DNA of 64,000 bases from Eledone cirrhosa (lineage: Eukaryota), in assembly GCA_964016885.1 (NCBI GenBank), contig OZ024741.1, forward strand, positions 45,570,001 to 45,634,000, read 5' to 3'. Each line of letters starts with the position of its first letter. The first letter of the stretch is position 1. The position numbers and the translations under genes are program-made. The notes under the pieces were generated by a model. The model made no database searches, was not told the origin of the DNA, and was given only the letters and a program-made list of their open reading frames with translations. Of this stretch, positions 54,973 to 64,000 are shown in pieces.

Positions 54973-57336
54973 TAATTACATATCATTCGTATACCAATAG
55001 TAAACCTACAGGAATCTCCTTGTAGCTGTGTGTATTTTTTGACATGCCTAGCTTTATCTATGTATGTATGTACGTATGTGTGTATGTATATATATGTATG
55101 TAAGAATATATGTAAGTGTGTATGTATATATGTATGAATGTATGCACGGACGTGTGTATGTGTGTGTATTTATGTGTATATGCATATGTGCAAATGATGA
55201 TTAAAATTTTAAACAAATACTTATTGTATCTCGTTTTCCATATTGGAATTACGTTTTCATCCAATTTAAACATATCATGTCCCAACACATGAGAGCACTT
55301 CTATAAATTTCAAAATTGATTCAAGTACCTTTTTATCCAATTTTAATACTAGAACATATTCCAGACGTGCTCAAAAAGTAGAAATTCCGAAACAGATATA
55401 TGCACACTTATTATAGAAATGTGCTGAGATTAATTGTGATTGTAACATGATTGAGTGGTTAAGAAGCTTGTTCCAGGAATCATGAGGTTTCAAATTCGGT
55501 CTCACTAGGTGTCATTTTGGGCAAGTGTTATTTTCCATAGACCCAGGGCCATCCATCCAAACGTTGTGATTGTAATTGAGTAAATAGAAATCGTTTGGAA
55601 TCTCGTCGGATAGACTGTACATGTTATTGATTGAAAAAGACAGCGTTGCCACACATTGTATCATGCTGAATCTCACTTTGAATCACATTAAGGCTACGTG
55701 GTTCTACAGAATGCCCAGATCCGTATCCTATAATGGAGCGGGTGCGATTAAATAGACTCCATTACGGTAGGCAAAGCTAACCTCAGCGGAATTTAAATTT
55801 AGAAGGTAAAAGGAGGTAACTCTATACCGTAAAGCCTTTTGTCGCCGCTCTACCGATACTGCCAACCCACCACCCTTACTTATCCTATAATAAAACATTG
55901 ATGATATCTGTAAAATAAACATACAAGATGGGTTGGACAATTATTTCAAGGAATAGGTTTCGTAGCAAACTGTAACTCACTAGATCGTGACTGACACGAT
56001 CTGTTGGCCGAAAAACTGAACACGTATCGAATTATGATATGAACATAAAAGCTGATTTTCAAACAGACATACGTACGTTCATATCCCTACATTTTAAAAT
56101 ATATCCATCCACCGAAATGGCTCCATATAACACTTGGACAGAGAACACCACACACAAACACACGCATACGCATACACGCAAACACACACATACATAGTCA
56201 TACATACAGAGTTGAATGTTTATGAACGTTTGACAGCGTAATTCCGCAATATAGTTTATATGTAAAACAGTATACTCACACAGCCACACATTTAAACACA
56301 TAATACATTTATTAAATAATAAATATTCAATTTACCCAAATTTATTCCAGTCCAACCTCCCTATATATTTACTTCCTATAATGCTTCAGATATCATGAGA
56401 TTATTATGATGTATACTGAGGAACACTTAGAAATAAAAATCTACTTTAATGATGTAAGAGCTACTTCATAAAAGTGCATCAGATTGTAAGTTTTAATTAA
56501 GTGATACACAATTCACACGACAGAAGATTATTTCAAACTAAATGACCAAATTAGTATTGCTTACTACAGCGGCACGCACAACACGTACAGATAGTGTATG
56601 CCTGTATCTAGAATGGATTCTCTATACAATGATATGTATATATCGACATATATAGTAGTGTTGCTTCTATTAAAATTGTGCAAGGCACCTTATTCTGTCG
56701 CAACTCAGATACTATACCTGCCAGTCTCAATTATTTATTTATTCCTAAACATAGCTCTTGAGAATGAAACGTTTCCGTTAAAATCCTTGTCTTATATAAA
56801 AAGATAAACGAAATTGAAATCACAGCTATCATCTTTATTTTGAAATTTTAATTTCCCTTTAATTTTTTAGAAAACGAGTACCAACAATAGCTGGAGGTTT
56901 AAACCAGCGATGGAATAGCGTCCTATCCAGGTGGAAGTTTTCCACTCGCAGTCGCTTCATGCCACCGAAACCGGGATAGGCACTAGTCTGATGAGCCTCA
57001 GGATTGAGGCAGACTGTAGACTTCTATTTTTAGGGTAATGTCTAGAGAGAGGTATTAAAACGGTACCTTAAAAACATTTCGAGTTGTTCACCGCGATTCG
57101 TTGTCAAAAATTTCGTTAAGATTAATTTACCTGTAATTTTATTGGATGAGATAAAACAGATTCTTTCAGGTATTGACTGGCTGTACATCGATTCGATGGT
57201 CACATTGCCTCTTCGTGTGTTAGATCCTACCAAATTAAGGCCATCAGTGTGGACTAGGCGCTTTTACTCACATTGTCACAAAACCATTATAGGATATCTG
57301 CAGGACGTTTTGGGTCCAGCTGGTCACCACTGTAAG

Positions 57337-57616
57337 TAGAGGGACATAGCCTAGTGGCAAGGGTGTTCGACGTACGATCATAATGTCGCGGGTTCGATTC
57401 CTGGACTGGATTTTCGTGTTGTATTCTTGAACAAAATACTTCATTTCACATTGCTCCTGTATATTCAGCTGAAAATGAGTACCAGCAATAGCTGAGGGTT
57501 TAAACCTACGATGGACTGGCGTCCTGTCTAGGGGATATCCTGTAATATCAGTCACTTCATGCTATGAAATCGGGATAAGCCTAATGAACCTTAAATGGCT
57601 TAAGACAGACTTTAGA
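57337..57616 (+). mobile_element. SINE family 2
   Basis: Homologous to 21768-22043; a 3' fragment also at ~56872-57025. Confidence 0.8.
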
Positions 57617-58229
57617 CATTTTTTAGACTGGTCAACACTGTTCACTGCATCCTGGTTTTTCGGCGCCGTAGGTCCACGGCTACTTGTGTCGCAATTATAT
57701 AATACATCTACATGGCATTCACCAATTTTCCATGCATGGGAAGTGTTAGCTAGCAGTGGGAGTCTGGAAATATTGGTACTGAAATATACTGATCAAATGT
57801 GTGCACATCTCTGCTACAAATATGTTACTGTCTACTAATGTTTATATATTACGAAGGACAATTTACTTCATTTATACAAACTGTAACTACTGATGGATTT
57901 TAGCTCTGATGCACAGGTAAATGTAATAACAATAAAATGAATCTCAAATTGATTTGAATATATTATTCAGTAAAGTCACTGAAAATTTCCAAAATCGATA
58001 CTGTTTTGAATAATTTATTTCCAACAAACATTTTCCATGGAATCTTTCGAAACACATTATCTCTGACGTGTCCTTCATTTACGACATCATTTCTACATTT
58101 ATATTTTAAATTAATGGATTGTGGCATGTAATATATGCTCAATGCTCTGAAGGCAATGTGAAATCATTCAGTAGTATTATAGACTACTTATATTGGCACA
58201 GGTCCACGAAGATAACTCTAACTCTAACT

Positions 58230-58308
<79 letters not shown>

Positions 58309-58375
58309 GCTGATTGGGAGTAGAGATGATGTATATATATTATCAAATAATTCTCTGGACATGCTTTACTCTATA

Positions 58376-58547
<172 letters not shown>

Positions 58548-58679
58548 TTATATATACATATTATATATAGGAGTGTAACGTGAGTGTAACGTGAAGATAC
58601 TGTAGGTTCACCCAGGTGAGCACTCAATGCTTAGGTTCACATCAGTAGCGAGGTGTAGAGTTAGACAGAGTGCAATATA

Positions 58680-58980
58680 ATATACAATGGCGATTTGTTA
58701 AGCGTTCATTACGTTTATTGATTGGTGACGCACGTTTCGTTATTGTTCAGCTCAGGGTTCGATCTGTAACGATCTGGCCCGACTCTGGAATCAAAAGCTC
58801 GTCAGACCTCTGTTGTATTAATACCAGAATTCTATCATTACAACAACAGAGGTCCGCCGAGCTTTTGATTCCAGAGTTGGGCCAGGTCGATACAGATCGA
58901 ACCTTAAGCTGATCAATAGCGAAACGTGCGTCACCAATCAATAAACGTAATGAAGGCTTAACAAATTGTCCTTGTATATT
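58680..58980. mobile_element. Family P inverted pair; HHRs 58724-58808 (-) and 58851-58935 (+, decayed core)
   Basis: Composite of the two arms: GGT-CTGACGA-GCTTTTGAT...ATCAATAGC-GAAA-CGTGCG-TC-ACC. Confidence 0.8.
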
Positions 58981-59112
58981 ATATATATATATATGTGTGT
59001 GAGTGTGTGTGTGTGTCAGTGTGTGTGTGTGTGTGTGTGTGCATGTCAGGATCAAACTACTATTCAACAGAATACTCGATACTTGTGAGACTAGAGACTG
59101 ACTATAATAAAA

Positions 59113-59196
59113 AGAGTCGGTGCCCGACGGATGAGCTATTGTCGATTCGAACTAGCTGTCGAAACGGCAACAGCTCAGTCGTCGGACACCGACTCT
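59113..59196. repeat. Imperfect palindrome with a family-B-like HHR 3' half
   Basis: TAGCTGTC-GAAA-CGGC(AACAGCTCA)GTCG-TC. Confidence 0.6.
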
Positions 59197-59244
59197 CTTT
59201 CTATATACACACATACATATATATTTATGTGTGTGTATGTATGC

Positions 59245-59305
<61 letters not shown>

Positions 59306-59319
59306 CATACATACACACA

Positions 59320-59374
<55 letters not shown>

Positions 59375-59680
59375 GGAGGAAATTGTAGCATTGCGTAATG
59401 AGATATAAACGTTTGGAGTTAGAAGGCCAAAACAATGCAAGAATGGATATAGAATATAAATACGAATGCAAAAGATATTGCTGACAATTAGTCTTTACAT
59501 TAAATTTATTTGAATATCCTTAATTTTCGAGATAATATCTCTTCTTCGGAGAGAAGTAAAGGGGTTAATCCAGTGTTCTAATTAGCTTGCCAAGTGTAAG
59601 CAATATCTTTTGCATTTGTATGTATAATCTATATCCATACCTGCATTGTTTTGGTCTTCTGACTCCAAACGTTTATATAT
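59375..59680. repeat. Family X inverted repeat with degenerate HHR (59517-59553, -)
   Basis: CTCT-CCGAAGA-A-GAGAT(ATT)ATCTC-GAAA-AT-TA-AGGA. Confidence 0.6.
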
Positions 59681-59690
59681 ATTTATATAC

Positions 59691-59729
<39 letters not shown>

Positions 59730-59731
<2 letters not shown>

Positions 59732-61000
59732 TTTTGCGAGGTTTTTGATATGAAATCGTCTGTCGAAACAAATATTGTTATACTTGGGGAGGGTCATATT
59801 TGTGTAATAATATTGCCAGAATTAATAACAGAACACACTCACTGTTTCGTTGGTTTTCGCTTCTGTGTCTTTTATATCGGTTAATGTAATTTATTATATA
59901 TAGTCTAACAAAGTTCTTTCGTTGCACATTTGCAACATCGTCAGTGGTACTATTATGTTTCCTCCTGTTGTGTTGTCTGCCTACGCCTTTTTATTTAGTC
60001 TGTTTATTTATTTTTTTTTTGTCTTCTCTGGACATGCGTTTGCGTGTGTGTATAGTGTTTGATATGTGTTCGTGTTTGGGTGACTGTGTATTGGTTATTG
60101 TATTCTATCTTAGTACAGTGGGTTTTCTTAAAAGGGTAGGTTTTGCTGATCAGGGATTTTATGGTGGTTCCTTGCTTTTCTACCATCTTAATCTTTAAGT
60201 GGGTCTTTCTCAGGGCCTTTCTACACTGGTTAGCTAATTTCCCTCCAGGGGTAGCGTCCACAAACATGACACGCTGGTATCTCTGGTTGTCGTACCATGA
60301 GGTGGCTTTCCCTATCTTATGTCTAGTCCTATCTAAGCTATTCCATGATTTGCTCCTGTATAATGGGAAAATTCCTTTCATGTCCAGTTCTATGAGGGTC
60401 TTATACTTCTCCATGGCTCCTTCGTATACTCTGATTCTGTCTCTTTGGTTGTAGCCAGAGAACTGCATGCGTTTGATGAAGTGTTGGATGTGTTTTTCCA
60501 TTTCTGTTGGGTCGCACATGCGCGACACGTTCTTCATCACTTGTACCAAGTCTGCCATCAGAATATTAAACTTAGCACTACTGGACATTGCTGAGTTTTT
60601 GAGTATCAGGTATTTGGAGGCCATGAGTTTAGCATAGTGTGAGTGGAGAATTTGGGCTCTCTCGCCTATAGTGTTAATCCAGAGTTCCGTGTCTAATACA
60701 GGTAGTCTATTGTGAGAGTGTTTGGAAGGGTAGTCGATAGTTACAGTTATACTCTGGTGCATGGAATTAGCTATCTGCTGGATACTTTCCATTGTGCTAC
60801 GTTCTAAATCAAACTTGTTAGTACTCACTTGTGGGGATGTCCTTATTACTATATTGATGTCGTCTACGTAACGAGAGTACGTGATGAGGTCTATGGAGCT
60901 CTCATCAAGGAGATCTTTGAGTCTCCTTTTCCACCATACCATAAAAAGTTTGGCAACGTCACCAGCTATGATGACGCCAATGGCTGCTCCCTCATTTTGT
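59730..61000 (-). mobile_element. RYVDD-type PLE, inverted deleted copy (ORF 60004-60942; HHR 59906-59949)
   Basis: YSRYVDD, LPVLDTELW; GIY-YIG deleted; pLTR with CTGACGA core. Confidence 0.9.
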
Positions 61001-61006
61001 GCGCTG

Positions 61007-63378
61007 TTTGAGGCTAACCAAGCCTTCTACAGTAATAATAATGCTAATGATAGGAACAACAACAACCACCATAATAAAAATAATAACAATAATAGCAACA
61101 CACACAACTATGACGATAGATATAATGACGACCCCTTAGAGAAACTATTCTTCAATCCAGCTGACAAAACATATAAGATGGGTAATATCTATCCTACGAG
61201 GTTACCCTTTAATAAAAGCGTTTGTATACCCCAACAGATAGATGACGAGACAGAGGCACAGTTCACCATAGCTAGAAATAAGATTAGACAAAGAGTAAAT
61301 CGGTATACTAAAGACAGAGCAGACCAGAGGTCCAACAACTTAACAACTTCGGAGGAAACCTGTAGAAGGCTTGGTTAGCCTCAAGCAGCGCACAAGGGAT
61401 GGTGAGGAAGTATGTCTACCCACGGATAAGTCTGGTAGGATGTCAATAGACAACATGCCGAACTACATCAAGGCTATGCAACCCCACATCACCAACACGA
61501 GCGAAATTGCACAGCAAATACATGATGGGAGAGAAAATCCTCAACGTTCACAGGATAATGTGGACCGACACCCTGAAGCCAAGCAGACGCACTGCCAACA
61601 ACTTCCAGGCGTCTAACAATGAGACGATCTACACCAAAAATGAGGGAGCAGCCATTGGCGTCAGCATAGCTGGTGACCTTGCCAAACTTTTTATGGTATG
61701 GAGGGAAAGGAGACTCAAAGATCTCCTTAATGAGAGCTTCATAGACCTCATCATATACTCTCGTTACGTAGACGACATCAATATAGTAATAAGGACATCC
61801 CCACAAGAGAGTACTAACAAGTTTGATTTAGAACGTAGCACAATGGAAAGCATCCAGCAGATAGCTAATTCCATGCACCAGAGTATAACTATAACTATCG
61901 ACTACCCTTCCAAACACCCTAACAATAGACTACCTGTATTAGACACGGAACTCTGTATTAACACTATAGACGAGAGAGCCCAAATTCTCCACTCACACTA
62001 TGCTAAATCCATGGCCTCCAAATACCTGATACTCAAAAACTTAGCAATGTCCAGTAGTGCTAAGTTTAACATTCTGATGGCAGACTTGGTACGAGTGATG
62101 AAGAACGTGTCCCACATGTGCGACCCAACAGAAATGGAAAGACACATCCAACACTTCATCAACCGCATGCAGTTCTCTGGCTACAACCAAAGAGACATAA
62201 TCAGAGTATACGAAGGAGCCATGTAGAAGTATAAGACCCTCATAGAACTGGACATGAAAGGAATTTTCCCATTATACAGGAGCAAATCATGGAATAGCTT
62301 AGATAGGACTAGACATAAGATAGGGAAAGCCACCTCATGGTACGACAACCAGAGATACCAGAGTGTCATGTTTGTGGACGCTACCTCTGGAGGGAAATTA
62401 GCTAACCAGCGTAGAAAGGCCCTGAGAAAGACCCACTTAAAGATTAAGATGGTAGAAAAGCCAGGAACCACCATAAAATCCCTGATCAGCAAAACCTACC
62501 CTTTTAAGAAAACCCACTGTACTAATAGGAAATGTATTATACGTAAAGTAAACCCCCGGATAAACTGTAAAACTAGAAACGTAGTCTATAGCATAAGATG
62601 TACAGAGGGTACTTGCAGAAACATGACAACAACATACATAGGCGAGACACCTCGTAGCATAGGTGAAAGGATAGACCAACACTGGGGGGAACTAAAAGGA
62701 CGAAAAACGGTTCAGTACTATACGAACATGGCAGACAACAATACGACGGTAACATAGACAACATAGAAATTAGAATAATATCTAAACATAGAAATGACAC
62801 AGCAGGTAGGCAAATCAGAGAGGCCAGCGAAATAGAACTTAGAAGGCCAAGGCTAAACAATGAATGGAATAACAACAACACCCAAACAAACAATACTGAC
62901 CTAACAGAAGTATAAATAAATAAATAAATACATACACAAGCACAATAACAACAAACACATATAAACACACACTAGTAAACTAAGATAGAATACAATAACC
63001 AATACACAGTCACCCAAACACGAACACATATCAAACACTATACACACACGCAAACGCATGCCCAGAGAAGACAAAAAAAAATAAATAAACAGACTAAATA
63101 AAAAGGCGTAGGCAGACAATACAACAGGAGGAAACATAATAGTAACACTGACGATGTTGCAGATGTGCAACGAAAGAACTTTGTTAGACTATATATATGT
63201 GTTTGTGTCTATATTATATCTGTATCTTTGACCGTTGGTCGGTCAATGGTAACATTGAAGACCGAATATATTAAATTAACCGATATAAAAAACACAGAAG
63301 CGAAAACCAACCAAACAGGGAGTGTGTTCTGTTATTAATTCTGGCAATATTATTACAAATATGACCCTCCCCAAGTAT

Positions 63379-63385
<7 letters not shown>
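61007..63385 (+). mobile_element. RYVDD-type PLE pseudogene with pLTR
   Basis: PTDKSGR, GAAIGVSIAGDLA, YSRYVDD, stop at 62224, YIGETPRSIGERIDQH, then frameshift. Confidence 0.92.
63143..63186 (+). ncRNA. Type I minimal hammerhead in PLE pLTR
   Basis: TAACA-CTGACGA-T-GTTGCA(GATG)TGCAAC-GAAA-GAAC-TT-TGTTA. Confidence 0.87.
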
Positions 63386-63434
<49 letters not shown>

Positions 63435-64000
63435 CACCCCGTAATCACACACAACCCCCCTCCCCCATTTCTACTAATAGAATCACTTTCCTACACACAT
63501 ATACATACACACAATATATATAGATTCTCTCCATCTTAACATACTCCCACACACACACATAACACCCACATACACACACACACAACTCCCTCCCGCATTT
63601 CTACTAATAGAATCATCTTCCTATACACACACACACAAATAAACATACATAACTTTACTTTCTTTATTTCAATAGAATATCTGAATTCTGACACCCCAGC
63701 GAACCAACCATATTCACTGAACCAGAACAATTCTCCCATCCCATTTCTCTTGATCATTATCTTTTGCTTGTCATAAAATTATCTAAAAGGCTACAAAATA
63801 AATTCCGAAATACGGGCTCGAAATTTAATGAATTTGTTCACGTGACAGTCATAATTTCATTTATAACCAATCAAATTATATTTATCTAAAAAATGCCTTC
63901 GTGAGCCATTTTTTTTTAAGTAAAAAAAAATTCAAACAAAACCGACGCGAAAGCTGATATACTTAGTCACCTGACTACATCAACCAACCAAACTTCACTC

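Noticed and set aside
61371-62757. Selenocysteine or readthrough recoding in PLE ORFs
   Set aside because: Interruptions are TAG stops and frameshifts; the 62224 TAG is a sense GAG in sister copies, so this is ordinary decay
60143-62968. Antisense ORFs over PLE coding regions (also 866-1376 and 32661-32891)
   Set aside because: Shadow frames of the RT/EN ORFs

Overview
AT-rich eukaryotic genomic DNA made up almost entirely of repeats. The SINE types and microsatellite load suggest an octopus or other coleoid cephalopod (inference). I found no intact host gene, only a few weak candidate exons. The real coding sequences are broken Penelope-like retroelements (PLEs; RT plus C-terminal GIY-YIG) of two kinds. 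One is an RYVDD type at 1-2135, 20510-21768 and 59730-63385. The other is a YRDD/CxC type resembling the Hydra clade, at 13590-16226 and 30323-34812. Also present: an internally deleted Tc1/mariner, three non-autonomous Helitrons, many tRNA-derived SINEs, and RTE, Tx1/L1-like and CRE-like LINE scraps. The main hidden signal is RNA. Most short tandem or inverted repeat blocks lying between (TA)n tracts contain a type I hammerhead ribozyme (HHR), in roughly 20 unrelated families and more than 30 motifs read by eye. Three unrelated families carry the compensatory U3-A8 core (UUGANAA) instead of C3-G8. Several non-coding 300-600 nt units occur as tandem, circularly permuted copies, which is the pattern of non-autonomous retrozymes with circular RNA intermediates. 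All folds were read by eye and not computed; repeat boundaries are approximate.
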